Source: Blasia pusilla (lineage: Eukaryota). Taken from it: 64,000 nt of DNA. Under the pieces are notes generated by a model. That model did not search any database, had not been told where the DNA came from, and saw only the letters and a list, made by a program, of their open reading frames with translations. A program made the position numbers and the translations under genes. Position 1 is the first letter of the stretch; every line of letters starts with the position of its first letter. Positions 1 to 12,439 of this stretch are shown here, piece after piece. Location of the stretch: contig CM114271.1 in the NCBI GenBank assembly GCA_050084515.1, forward strand, positions 5,952,001 through 6,016,000, in the 5' to 3' direction.

Positions 1-1060
1 AGGCACGAACGTCAATCTGTCTTTGAGTAGCTAAAATGCTCTCTCGTGCTCATCCTCCCAGTGCCACTCCTCATCCACCTTAATCAGCAAGGTTGACGGC
101 TTTGCAATTGAACTGAAACCCTTGACGTACCGTCGATAGAAGTTTTCCAATCCCATGAATGCACCAACTCGACTCACATCTGTAGGGCGTGGAATGCGTG
201 AAATAGCCTCTACCTTTTTCTGTTGCATGCCAAGGCCCCCTAGGTATATCGTATGACCAAGGTACTCAATCTGGTCGTAGAAGAACTTGCACTTGCCAGG
301 ATGTAGCTTCAGCCCATGTAACTGCAATCGTTGAAACACCTCCTCTAGATGTCGCTCATGCTCCTCAACTGTGGAGCTAAAGATTACGATGTCATCAATA
401 TAACACCTAGCAAAATCCAGACCTACCAAGATCCTACCCATGACCCTTTGAAACTCATACGGAGCGTTGTTTAAGCCAAATGGTAAGAACCGCCACTGAA
501 AGAAATAATCCTTCCCGTGAGGATCGATGCCCCAAAATACCGTCTTCTGCGTGTCCTCCAATCTGATAGGCAACTGATGGTATCGGGCTCAAAGATCTAA
601 CAAACTAAAGACCTTTGCATGCCCAATAGCATCAAAGATATCCTCAGGGGTGGGCATGTCATACCTATCAAACTTCGCGTGCCGATTGATAGGTCGGTAA
701 TCTCCACACATCTGCCTATCTGTCCAGTTGCCATGCACATCCTTCTTGGTTGGCATGACCATGGCAGATGCATACTTTCAATGGGACATCTCCACTAGTC
801 CTGCTCCAACCAAGTCATGGCTCCTACTCTGAATCATAGCCCTCTCTATATCACTATACATGTAGGACCGTCAGAAGATAGGCGTGTTGCTCGATAACTC
901 AATGCAAATCCCTAGACCCTTCAGCATACCCAAGTCATGCATACTAAATGCAAAGCAGCTCCTATAACTCCTAAGGAACTGGTGTATCCAACGCCGCTCT
1001 CCTCCTATCAACTTGGGGCCCATATCTGGCTCCCAAGGCTCTGACGTGGGTGTAGGTAGT
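1..1060 (-). mobile_element. Ty3/Gypsy retrotransposon reverse transcriptase region (degenerate, runs off the window edge)
   Basis: ORF 31..573 contains RFLPFGLNNAP, CYIDDIVIFS, YLGH and FMGLENFYRRYVKGFS. Manual translation of 575-960 gives MCGDYRPINRH..DRYDMPTPEDIFDAIG..FSLLDL*ARYHQLPI, i.e. Gypsy RT motifs with stop codons. Confidence 0.95.
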
Positions 1061-1329
1061 TGCTATGTTGCAACCCCGTCTCGGACAACAAAACTCGACT
1101 GCTCCCCTGCAGCCAACTGCAAAATCGGATCTCCATGTGAAGTATCTGGAACCACCCTCGATGTTGTGGCTACCATCCCTTGGCGTACTTGCAAAAAATC
1201 CCAAGAAGTCCAAGGGTATCTCTCTCGATCACCCCTGGTGTGTCGGTCTCCTGGAGTCTCGCCCTCAGCCACTACCTCAACCGTCTCGGTAGGCATGGGG
1301 CTCACCAACGCAATAATTGTGATCTGTTC

Positions 1330-1625
1330 CATCCTCAAATGACACTGCTCAGCTACGCCCAAGCTGAACATCCATGTCAAGCACTTCAAGTCCATCTCTT
1401 GACGCAAGACATGACATCGTGATGCCTTTGATAGTGACGGTATTATCGTCACTCCTGTGGGGAATCCCATCGCTTGCTCTTACTCATCAGCGTTGGGCTC
1501 CACCAACCGATGTACCTCGTCATCCCAAACCTAGCCAAGTCCGGCCTTCTTAAATGCATAGGAAGCGGAAAAACTCACCAGTGTGGGAAAGGCTACCCGT
1601 GGCATGCCAATCGTGTTGTTGTCTA
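1330..1625 (-). pseudogene. C-terminal part (motifs IX-X) of a DNMT3-like C5 cytosine methyltransferase domain, directly upstream of the Gypsy RT
   Basis: Translation NTIGMPRVAFPTLVSF..VEPNADE*EQAMGFPTGVT..LSKASRCHVLRQEMDLKCLTWMF resembles the DNMT3 pattern E.ER.FGFP..YT....S...RQRLLG.SW. Confidence 0.75.
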
Positions 1626-1981
1626 AGAGGAGCATGTCATTTAGTAGATGGAACAAGGTTTTTGCTAAAAAACAACTCTTCTAAGTTTAGTGAAATCAAA
1701 ATGTTCAATAAATGAGATGTGTTGGCCTCGGGATATAAATGAATGCATGCATCGTCTTCTAAAACTCTATATCATGGTTTCCATTATCTACATCGAAGTG
1801 TTGCTAGATGAAGCCCATCATCGCATGTGCATCCTCATCATCTAGAATATTCGTCTAGGATCGACAACCTTATGACCTAAATTAGTATATAATCTCCTTC
1901 TTAACAACATTACATGCCAATCATCATCCATCCTTCTAGCCAAATATGCATAATGATTAATTGCACATAGGGGTAGAAATA

Positions 1982-2022
1982 TGTCATGACTTTTAGGATA
2001 GATGGGCGAGATATAGTAGAGG
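1982..2022 (+). mobile_element. 5' terminal ~40 bp of an LTR (same family as the solo LTRs at 22970 and 49082)
   Basis: TGTCATGACTTTTAGGATAGAT matches TGTCACGACTTTTAGGATAGAT at 22970. Confidence 0.7.
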
Positions 2023-2149
2023 TAGGTTGCGGCTACTAGGATAGCGGAGATGCGCGCTAGACCTGCAATAGAGCGTGCCATGGCTTCTCCTCGTGTTTTT
2101 TTGGTGGATAAACGGGGAGAGGCCTTTGAGTAGGTGAGTCCATGAGGTA

Positions 2150-2520
2150 GAGCTTTTAGTCCGCAGCGTGTCTTGTTGGATTCAGGAGCACAACTCCTGA
2201 TGTTTGAGGAAAGCAACATTCACAGGATTGGGCTTGACGAGAGCCGATGTGGAGCGCTATCCATTTTGGATATAAACATCCTTGGGTGGAACGAGTACCA
2301 CACTGTATATCACCTGACAAGAAATCGTGGTAAGGATTCGCCCAAGACATCCTACAGATGAGTACGTGGCGCGAGCCAAGGCGATAGTGAGCGATGCAGA
2401 GTCCTACGACGTCTTGGTTGGTGGAGCAGTGTTGTACCCAATGGGGTTTTTCCTAGATTAGTGGGAGGAGTTAGGGTCCTACAGACCAAGATGGAAATCA
2501 GGCGCCTTAGCTCATTACCC
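2150..2520 (+). mobile_element. Retrotransposon aspartic protease remnant
   Basis: RVLLDSGAQLLM (D-S-G catalytic motif, ~2167-2200) and a downstream SYDVLVGG motif (~2402), with frameshifts. Confidence 0.8.
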
Positions 2521-2859
2521 GTTTGATTCACAGGCGCAGTGATCGAGCGACGGTCAGGAGAGATGGCGACCTTAGCAGCATTTAGCAGCGCCATCACTTG
2601 GCCTAGAGATTTGATTGAGGGACACATCCATGCAGAGGAGACTCCCATTCCTGACATTTCTATGGAGAGGAGTGTCATGATAGTCGCCTCAGTCCGTGGA
2701 GGAGAGGTGCCACTTTGGGGCTCGACGGAGAAGCTCCGACGCTTGGCCATTGAGCATGTGCAGACCGCGTGGAGTGAGGCATTTGCACCAAAGCGTGCAA
2801 GGTTAGAGGGACCCGAGGTAGCCGTGAGTGCTATTATGACCCCTTTGGACACCACACTG

Positions 2860-3540
2860 ATTGTGTGGCGCATCCCAAAGGAGGGTATTCGCGTGTTGGA
2901 TCTCTTTGGAGGGATCAACACCGGTTTAGCTGCTATTTTGTAGGCAGGAGTAGACGTGCAACAGTACCTATACATGGAGATTGATGATATTACGAGGCGC
3001 GCTTCACTTCATCATGTGGCGTAATTATGCCTTCATTTTCCCGACTTGGTATCTGCGTCCGTTGTTTAGGGATACCAAAGTTCCCTACCGAGGGATATTT
3101 CATTCCTGGGGGAGCAGGACTTGGAGCGGGTAGGGACCATAGACTTTGTCATTTCTGGTTGGCCGTGTTAGGGCCAGTTGAGTACTAGGCAGGGTAGAGG
3201 ATTAGCTGACTTGCGGTCCATGTTATTTTGGGAGATGATGCGGATCTTGCGACATTTCCATGAGCATCAGTCTCGTTCTCCAACATACATTCTGGAGAAT
3301 GTGCCAATTTTGGGCGATTCGAGGTCCCGCGCGGTGACAAGTGCACATCAGGTACGCGCATGGATCGGCCCTGCAATGTTGTTAAATGCGGCAAGTGTAG
3401 GTTCTAGAGCACACCGCCCGCATCTTTGGAGGACCAACTTGGTACCACACGAGGTGTTTGTAGAGGGCATATGCGCGAGTGGAGCGCCCCTCCCAGTTGT
3501 TGGTGGATTCCATATTGGATCCAGGCTAGAAGACACGATA
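2860..3540 (+). pseudogene. N-terminal catalytic part (motifs I-VIII) of a DNMT3-like C5 cytosine methyltransferase within a retrotransposon pol
   Basis: One reading frame shows IRVLDLFGG (motif I), YMEID (II), DFVISGWPC* (IV), YILENV (VI) and RAHRPHLWRTNL (VIII). In-frame stops at 2941, 3022, 3067 and 3169. Confidence 0.9.
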
Positions 3541-3989
3541 CCATGAGAACGCGAGAGGCAAGACATTTTTGTAAAATTGTCTTTGCCGCTTTACAATCAT
3601 TCTATCCTTGTTGTGTTGTGTATATTTAGATTCCCGTCGCTTATTAAGTTAATGGACTAGGAGGTTTTGACATCCACCACCAAAAAGGTGGTACAAAAAC
3701 TCATAGTGGACTAAGTGACTCATCCGCTTACATGGACATTGAGAGGATATTATGGAATGGCAAAAAGGCCCATGAAATGAGCGATTGGGGCTTCTCATTG
3801 ATGATATATTATTGCATAGTCAACATGTAAATCTTACTTGATATTCCATGTGATGCTCATAATCTACAATCTCTCATCTTAGTTTAGTATGAAGAAGGTT
3901 CATTTTATATTGATGATGTTCAATGAAAATATGACAAAATTTCTCCCGCCCCAACCCTCTCCCGAAACTTATATAGACTTGAATTTAAA

Positions 3990-4985
3990 AAATTCCCTTA
4001 GTCTACATTTCCTTATATGACTGAATCCCAAGTACCATAATTGCATCATGTCTATTATATCTCCATATTTTGTGCATAGTGTAATAGCTCCACCTATAAT
4101 GGCATCACCTCCAAACTTATATAGGGTTCAAACCTTATTGCCTTTCATCAAGATTATGACTCCTTTTGAAACTCTTAGAACTCCACCTTTTCGTTCAAAA
4201 TTTGCAGCAATTATCATCCAACACACTTAGAGATATCAAGTTCTTTCACACATTATGGACATGTTTGATCTCATTCAATGTTCAAAAAGTCTCATCAAAC
4301 ATATTGATGCAAACAAAACCAATATCCATTATCTTGCATGGCATGTTGTTCCCTATCAATAAAATTCCACTAGCCCAATTAATATATGTATAGAAGCACT
4401 CTCTGTGAGGACCCATATGGCAAGAGCAACTGTAATTTATGTATCATAAAAGATATCCATTTTAGAAATTAAAATTAGTATATAGTCATCTCCATCCAAC
4501 TCCGCCACACTAGCATGTTCGGAGGTGTGAGATTTCTCTATATTTATGTCGCTAAGTGGGTCCTTTCTCTGTGCCTCTATATAGTCTGTCTTCATATGAC
4601 CAATCTTTGTGTAAGTCCAACATATGCCTTTCCTATTAGTACCACTATCACTAGATCAAGACTTCGATGTATATTTACCTTTGATGTAACTCCTATCAAT
4701 TGGCCTACTTAATCACCTACTTCATGCAACAAGAGCCTCTGAGTTCTTATCCTACAAACCTATAATCTTCATTTATGAAATTTTACAACACTTTGTCTGC
4801 ATGACTTAAAGGAATTATACTGAAACCTCTCGAATTTTGGTCTTTCCATTGTACGAGGGTCTTATCCGTTGGTTTATTCTCTAATGCTTTATATAGTCAT
4901 TTTTAAACTAAACATTATTTTACCTTCAATTTCCATAAACTAAAATTTCTCTTCCCATCAAAGTTCTCCTGCTCAAATTTTTCAT
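3990..4985 (-). mobile_element. Ty1/Copia gag-protease remnant
   Basis: Manual translation: KFEQENFDGKRNFSLWKLKV (gag N-terminus, ~4975), SCSCHMGPHRECF (protease), IGNNMPCKIMDIG..KHVHNV*KNLISLSVLD..GGVLRVSKG. Confidence 0.8.
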
Positions 4986-5508
4986 TATAAATCTTTCACA
5001 AATGCTGTTGCAAAATTTCCTTTCCTGCACTATTATGCCAAATATTTGAAGAAATTGAAGAATTATTGAGATAGATTACACATGATATAAGTGGTTCACT
5101 TCATACTAGGAAGTTGCATCCATATTCAAACACTCTCATGTTGCTTTACGAAAACCTTCACACATTATACATCAAGAGTTCTCTAAGACGCTTTCCTCAA
5201 GCCTAAAGCCCCACGCATGGAATAAGAATAAAATGTAACGTGGCTTCATTCATACAGCCACGAAAACACAACCTTAATATATTCCCCCCCTCCCCCTCCC
5301 AATCCCAAACCTATTGAAGATTTTATTATAGTGAAGTTTATCGAACACAAGAATTGTTGTATTTAATATTCACACTGAGTAGGAAATCTTAATCATGGCT
5401 TGTCTATTAACCATAATAACCTTAACTAAGCTTATTTTATCATATAACTCCTCATATGTTTAAGGTTCTTGTGTGTCAAACACATAGTGTCATGTTTTCA
5501 ATCCCCAT

Positions 5509-5755
5509 CAAGATTGCATATGGACAAAGTTCGTGTCCGCGGACATGTTCATGTCCGTAGACTTATGTTAGTTCTATAGAAGGACTTGTTCGTATGGGCC
5601 CCGTATCCTCCTTCTTTCTCATTTCCCCTATTCCCTCTTCCTTATTACCCCGCCCGCCCTTGCCCTACCTTCCACCATGAACTATAAGTGTGGGGCCCAC
5701 ATTTTGCAATCCATGTCCAAACTTGCATGTACATGTTTGTTTTTATGCAACCATG
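5509..5755. mobile_element. Candidate hAT-type MITE
   Basis: Imperfect terminal inverted repeats (TIRs) CAAGATTGCATA / TATGCAACCATG. Flanks ATCCCCAT (5501-5508) and ATTCCCAC (5756-5763) resemble a decayed 8-bp TSD. Confidence 0.45.
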
Positions 5756-6299
5756 ATTCCCACCCTTCATATACTCACTCTACACCATAAAAATTCCTCA
5801 AGAGTCTTTTAGAAGTGAATGTTATACATCATAGATATCTACATACAAAATTTCTTTTATTAGTATGCATATGACTAGCATATATCCATGGTCATCTTTT
5901 GCTTACTCTTTGTGAAATCTTGCTAATTGAATAAGAGAGAATATAAGCACTTATAACCTCTTTTAATTCCATAAGTGTCATTAACTTAAGGGTGTTTGAC
6001 ATGAAGGATACCTTTGGGAGTATCCCCCAATTCCCCCTTGCCTAGAAGAGGAAGACTTGGAAATTTTATAATTCAAAAATTCTTCAAGCATTTAATGCTT
6101 TATGCAAATAACAAGAAATTGGGAGAATCTTCAAAATAAGTAACACACACATCCATATGTTTTTTTTTTCAGCAAATCCTATATGTATTTGGAAAAAAAT
6201 CAATTAGTCTTCTATCTTCTTTTATCTCTATGCTATAGTTTGTATGTCATGTATTGGTTATGGATAAGCCTTCCTCTCATTTTCACCCTTTAGCTATTA

Positions 6300-6640
6300 G
6301 AGAAACACTATATCACTTGGCTAGCCGATCCCTTTTTTCTATAGTTTTGTCAACACTTTAGCTCTCACATATTTCCTCATCGATACTTGGTGACTACCTT
6401 TGGTGATTTTGAGGCAATACTTCATGAGAAATGCTCTATCCTTTATATTCATCCAAATTGGATAGTAATTGAAGTTTATGTAGCTATTATCTTTGATTTA
6501 ATTTCTTGTTGGATGATATTTTACGAGTTAAGTAGTACATGAAGTCAACTAGAAATTATTGTTCTATTTGTGCTTTCCTTCTATGACTATGATTCATCTA
6601 TTTTCTATCTTCTAGAATAGAATATCCTCCAATCAACACA
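6300..6640 (+). mobile_element. Degenerate CRE-like non-LTR RT fragment
   Basis: HIFPHRYLVTTFGDFEAILHEKCSILYIHPNWIVIEVYV..FYDYDSSIFY aligns by eye with HLFPHQFGVATLGHCEIVVHWIRSTLDIHPEWVTIQVDI..LYAYDTPIIY at 22330-22570. Confidence 0.7.
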
Positions 6641-9600
6641 GTATGTAGGAGCATCGAAATGATTCCAATTGGCATTGTGAGGCTTCCCTCCATAATTCTA
6701 ATTGAACCATCTTATTTTATGAATTAGGATTGAATCTAGTCTTACAACTTAAAGGTTTCTCCGGTACAAAATTATTATGTTGATCAATCTTCTAGAATCA
6801 TGGAATGTGATACATAAAGGAAAAATCTGCTCAAAGTAACAAAATATTTGTTTGGAGATCTCGAAAGGCTAGACTCGAGAGGTTTGGTGAGAAATTGTTA
6901 AAGCCATGATTTATTGACGCTGGTATAGCAACCTCTGTGATAGGACAATCTTTTAGAATAGCAAGTTAAACCTTCTATATTTTGTTCATACAAGCCCGAG
7001 CTCAAAATAACTTATATGTGTAGCATTGTGATATTTAGAGTGGAAGGTCAAAAAGTGATATATGTAGGTTCACATGACTTATGCATGGGTTTAGGGTGAT
7101 AAATCCTTTGTGTGGATTCTAGGGTAAGTAGTTATTGTTCCCACATTTACATATAGAGAGAGGGACGAGGTTCTCTTATTCTCTTTGTGCAGGTTCTATG
7201 ACAAAAATTAGCAATGCAAAGCTATTAAATTGAAATTTCATGGAATTAAAAATTCCATGAAATTTCAAAGAGCTTTTCATTGCGTGATTTCAATCTTTTA
7301 AGATCGTCTTTAAGACGATAGGTAGATCATTGATGTGTATAGAATACTGGATTATTTTAAGTTGGATGTGATGGTGCTAAATAGAGTTAGGAGACATAAC
7401 CATAAGTCAAAAGAGCAAATTTGTGGTCTTTATATACATGTGTGTGAGTATTTACATATGTGTAAGAATATTTCCGTATGGTTGGAAGATCAACACTATA
7501 TATGGTATGATTTCGAAAAAATGTGTGAGTGTATCACATTTCTTATATCATAGTTGATTGAGCATTAAAATTTTACCACCTCGATGACGTAGTGGGTTCT
7601 CTGATTTTTTGGTCGTATCATTGTTTTGAGAACGTGGTCAATTAAGGTTGAGGTCCACTTCGTTGTGACAAGATCAAAATTTCTGAAAAATTCCCTTTTT
7701 TTTTCTTCAAGTTGGATGATCTATTGATATGATCAACGGTCACGTGGTAACCAATGTGCACATGTTACCTTTTTGTGGTTATGTTTGGGGAAGGTGTCAT
7801 TTGATTCTTCCCAAATATAAATATAAATATAAATATATATAGGTACTGGGTTTAACTCCTAACAATTGTATCAATTAAGTGGAGTCTTAAAAAACACCTA
7901 TGTGAATGTTAGATTTCTTGTGAACTATTAAGTGCGCAATTCATTAAAGTATTCAAAATTTATTTTATTATTCTTATTATTACTTGCATTTGTAATTATA
8001 TTAGTTTTCCATTATTTTTTGTAGATTTTGTTTCCCTTTTGGGTTAGTTTAAGTTTATTAGTCTTCTTAAAAGAAAATTATATGGTGAAAAGATGTTTTC
8101 TCTTCATAAATGCCAAGAGTTTTGAATGATTTTTTTTTTCTATCAAACTTAATTTTTTCTAATAATCTTTACTATTATGCAATGCTTTGCTTCTTTGAGA
8201 TGTTGACACTTGAAAATTTTCATCATTGTGAGCTTGCCACCTATCCCACTTATTCTAGATTCGTACATGAATTGGATTTTGGATTCTATCAAATTATGAG
8301 CAATTTGAATTACCCATCATTAACCAATGAGCTTCCACTAATAATAATAGATCACACTTTGATGATTAAAAAGTAAGGACGTGATCGAAGATGCTTTAAA
8401 GCATAACCCAAACTTTTCCCGTGTTCATTAAACCAAACGAAAGCACTTTTTTGTATTCGGTGAACTATTTGATACCAAAAGACTCCATATTTTCAATTAA
8501 ATTTTTAACTGAAAAATTAGGAACGAAAATTTTAATCGTCCGTCTCAACACGTAACCCCGATTCTCCCCTTAGGTTGGTAAGATATCCTACGTAAACTAG
8601 GGACGAAAGCAGGTATCATTTTCCCTTGAAGCAAACATCTAAATGTGGCGCACTGGTATGGTAGGCTAATGACGGCCCAACGATCGCCGACGACAGCATC
8701 CCCACCGGCTGCTATATTTACCGTCGGTAGGCGCCACCTACGCCGGGGATTTCAAGAAACGTGTAGGCTGGCAGATGAATCCTATCCACAATACAAAAAC
8801 CAATTTCCTCTGAGAGGAGGACTTGAGCTGTGCCACGTCAGCAACACAAGAGACCATATGTGGTGAGCATGCCCGTCGTTTGCAAAACAACTCTCGCGGA
8901 AACACGTGGCAGAAGGCTCTTTGTCGTTGAAGCCCCATTCTTAAATAAAAAAAATAAAGTACAGAGTCATCTGGACGGCCGTCCATCTCCAGGAGGCGCG
9001 AAAGACCGATTCCTATTCCTCCGCTCCGCTTTCCCTGCCCGGTCCCAGATCTCCACCGTCACGGCCTATGGAGGACGAGTTGTCACACCCTGTATGGTTC
9101 CAATCGGACGGCTTTTACGCTCCAAGTCAGTACCTTCGGGCTTCACCGAGGCATCATTCAGGAGACACCGATATAGCCGGTCAACTGGACACCTACCCCA
9201 GGCAGTCGACGGCTACATACCCCATCTTTGAGAACTTTTGCGGGCGCCACCTGGTGGAGGCGCCCCCCGAGCGTACCTAATAGGGGCGCGAGTCGCGCGA
9301 CCTATCCGATGTGGACGGAATACTACTACTAGTACTACTCCTTCACAATACCACCTCTTACGTTACTGTGCTGACACACAGAATCGTTCCGTGCTCTAGA
9401 TTTAGATCTGGAGCGGTATTGAAAGAGTGAGTGTACTGCATATTCCGAGAGAATACAGATACGACGTGTCGAATATCGATGAGATTTTATGGACTTTGAC
9501 TTTCCGCGCACAACTGGACTCTGGAGCGAACGCATTTCGAAGTTTTGGATTTTCTTATGATCCGTAAGCCCACCCCACTAGTACGGAGGGTGATCGGACA

Positions 9601-10599
9601 CGAAAGAAAGGAATGTACGACTTCTTTCCGGGCTTGACCGTCAAGGCTTTGTTTCTCCCCGGGCAGCCGGGCTTCGAATAGCTTCGCTCTCCCTGAGTTT
9701 CTTTCCATCCGGCGTTCGAGGGGCTTCGTTCTCCCTTTGGGGAATGGGATGTCCACTCCACTTACACTTTCTTTTTCATATTAACTTTCGCAAGTTTTTC
9801 CTCGCGGGTTAATTTTTTCATTGGTGTTCGTATTTTTTGTTTGGGTTTTTTTAAATGATGGGGAGTGTCAAGAATCTATCTTATCCACGGAGGAACGTTT
9901 CTCAAACGGTGAATTCATCACGTGTTTTTTAATAGTGGGACCACGCGTGGCATGGGTAGGGGGGCATTAAAGTAACCGGGTGTGGCATGGATAAGGGGGC
10001 ATTAAAATAACCGGATATCCAAGGTAAGGGACTGATGCCTGCCCCCTCACAAGTCCTAACTAGTATTAAAAATCTTCGGGTTATGTTTATGAATCATGAT
10101 ATTATGGGCATCGGCTCAAACCGAGAAGTTCCCGCATGTGAAGCCTTTTAAATTTTTTGAGTTTTTATTTGGTTATAATATAATTTACGAGATCTTTTCA
10201 TCCATGCATTCCACTTGATGGATGTGATATGAATGGATGCCCATGAGGAGCTTCAAATTGAGAGTACATTACTTATATATATATATATACTAGAATGTAA
10301 AATAGAATAAAATCAAATCTAATTACACATTAGAAGTACATGGAGCATTTTAATGAGGAGGTAGTTGTAAAAAAAAATTATAAGATATAATCTAGGATTA
10401 ACTTGATTGGAAGTGGCTTCACTTCTTTTGGAAGCTAATTTCTTCCATGATAACAAATTCCCCTTTCCTTCCATTATAGTATAGATTATTGTTGTTTTCG
10501 TATTTGAAAAAAAAATTCTCTCGTTATAAATACGGCGATGTATATCCTACTCTTGTAAGATAGGAATGTTGAAGAAGTCAACTAAATCTTAGATCACTA

Positions 10600-11250
10600 G
10601 ATAAATGAAAAAGAAATGCCAAATATCTTCATGAAATAATTGATTAGAACTAAAAATGATGGCAACTAAGGACAATGGAAAGATCACCTCGATCCACAAA
10701 TATTTTTTGAACTACCTTTCTTGCATCTCAAAATCCAAAAGACATAGGAAATTAAAATCTACATAGATCAAAAGGTAATCCAAAGTTAGACACAAACAAA
10801 AGGATAAACATTAGTTTTGCATTTATCCCTTTACTTTGCGGTATCAAAATAATCGTATCACTTTAAATGTTAATATTGTAAAAAATTTCAAGATCATTCC
10901 CACGGTAATATCAATAAGATCTCTTCAATTGATTAATTTTAGTTACCATATTAAAATCATCAATCCTATAAAATCATCTCCTAGGTTTGGATGCAGATGT
11001 ATACGTTCTATCCCTCCGCAGTTAGTTAAATGTACAGCGCTCATGCTAGCAAGGACCCAAGAAGAGAGTATCGGTATATCATGGTTCAAATGAGAAGAGA
11101 CCTTTGTGTGAACTATCAAAGTCAAAACCTAGACTAGCGAGTTGCAAGACTAGAATGGGTAACGAAACCTACATCGGGACTAACTCTAGTTTTGATGGGC
11201 GCTAGAGACTAACCTCAGGAGAAAGGGCGCATATTCACTTGCACGGATGA
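10600..11250 (-). mobile_element. Possible highly decayed CRE-like non-LTR 3' region
   Basis: VHLTNCGGIERIHLH resembles the VHLARCPVGGERIATH knuckle of the other CRE copies. A DLIDITV motif follows downstream. Weak evidence. Confidence 0.3.
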
Positions 11251-12313
11251 GGGTTAGCCAAGAGATGTGAAAGATCCTTGAGTTGGGTTTTGAGTCAAGG
11301 AGGAGTAGCAATGAAGAAGATAGTAGCTAAGATGGGCGATACGTAATGAGATTAGTCACAAAACATGCAGGACGGCAAGACAACCATGAGACATCAAATA
11401 GCAAAAGTCAAAAAGAATGCTAGCCATAAGATGCACGAAATGGGGGTAAAGTAAAAATGAGTTTGGGGAAGTCAAGCAGGGCAGATCCTGCCAATAGAAT
11501 TCTCCAAGTCATCTTGAGGGTTAACTAATTAAACACAGTTCCGCTAGAAGCAAACCACATTTATGTTGTTGGTCAAATCAAATCAAGGGCCTGAGGCGGA
11601 TATCATGAGATGTTGGATATTTAATATCTACTTTTTTACTAACATCATTAATCTAAATGTTCCCCTTGTATGAAGAGAATCATAGATTTATGGTCTCAAC
11701 TTAGACGTCACAATAGTTATAGATATATGGAATAGGTGGTTTATGGAATAGAGTGTTATTAGGTTGATCTAAAACTATATTTCACTAGGATGTGAGACAC
11801 GTTAATGCAAGATAGGGTTAACTTTTTTCTGGAAATAGAATTGACGAAAAAAGGTCAAATACTCTAATTCCCCAAGTAGTCACATACTTGGGGAACAACA
11901 ACAGTAATGCATTCTTGTCTTTCAAAAATTTTCTATATTCAACTTCTATTGAAGTTTTAATATGAGCGTAAGGATGGACTAGGTAACTTTATACTATCGA
12001 TGTTTGTTATATCTTGAGTGATTTGTTCACATTGTGTTTTCTTCTATAAGGAAGGAGCTACATGTTTATGGGGATGAGATGCATACCAAGTGCCTTAATC
12101 AATGGAGTTGGGAGTTGAGGCCAGTTTCAATTATATAATCATCTTGGTCTCTTCCCAGGGATCTTAGCAGACAATGATACACACCTCCCTGAAATTCAAA
12201 GCTTTTGATGGCCCCTACATAGAATGAAAGCTTTCAATCTGGATCAAATTCAAATCCTCCATTCTATGCCATAGATAAAATTTGAATATCATTTAAATTA
12301 AAATTCTAGATAG

Positions 12314-12439
12314 ATGTATATAACGGATCTATGGCATAAAATGCCATAGATCTATTATTTGAATTTTAATATTATTCAATTTGAATAATATTACAAATCA
12401 AAGTCCCCTTTATAGATGCCATAGATCCGTTATATACAT
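12314..12439. repeat. Nested palindrome cluster
   Basis: Perfect 24-bp inverted repeat 12314-12337 / 12416-12439, with additional hairpins at 12326-12352 and 12367-12393. Confidence 0.9.

Noticed and set aside
2860-3540. Bacterial restriction-modification methylase or host DRM gene
   Set aside because: It has no introns or regulatory domains, has canonical (non-permuted) motif order, and is flanked by retroelement protease, LTR and RT sequences.
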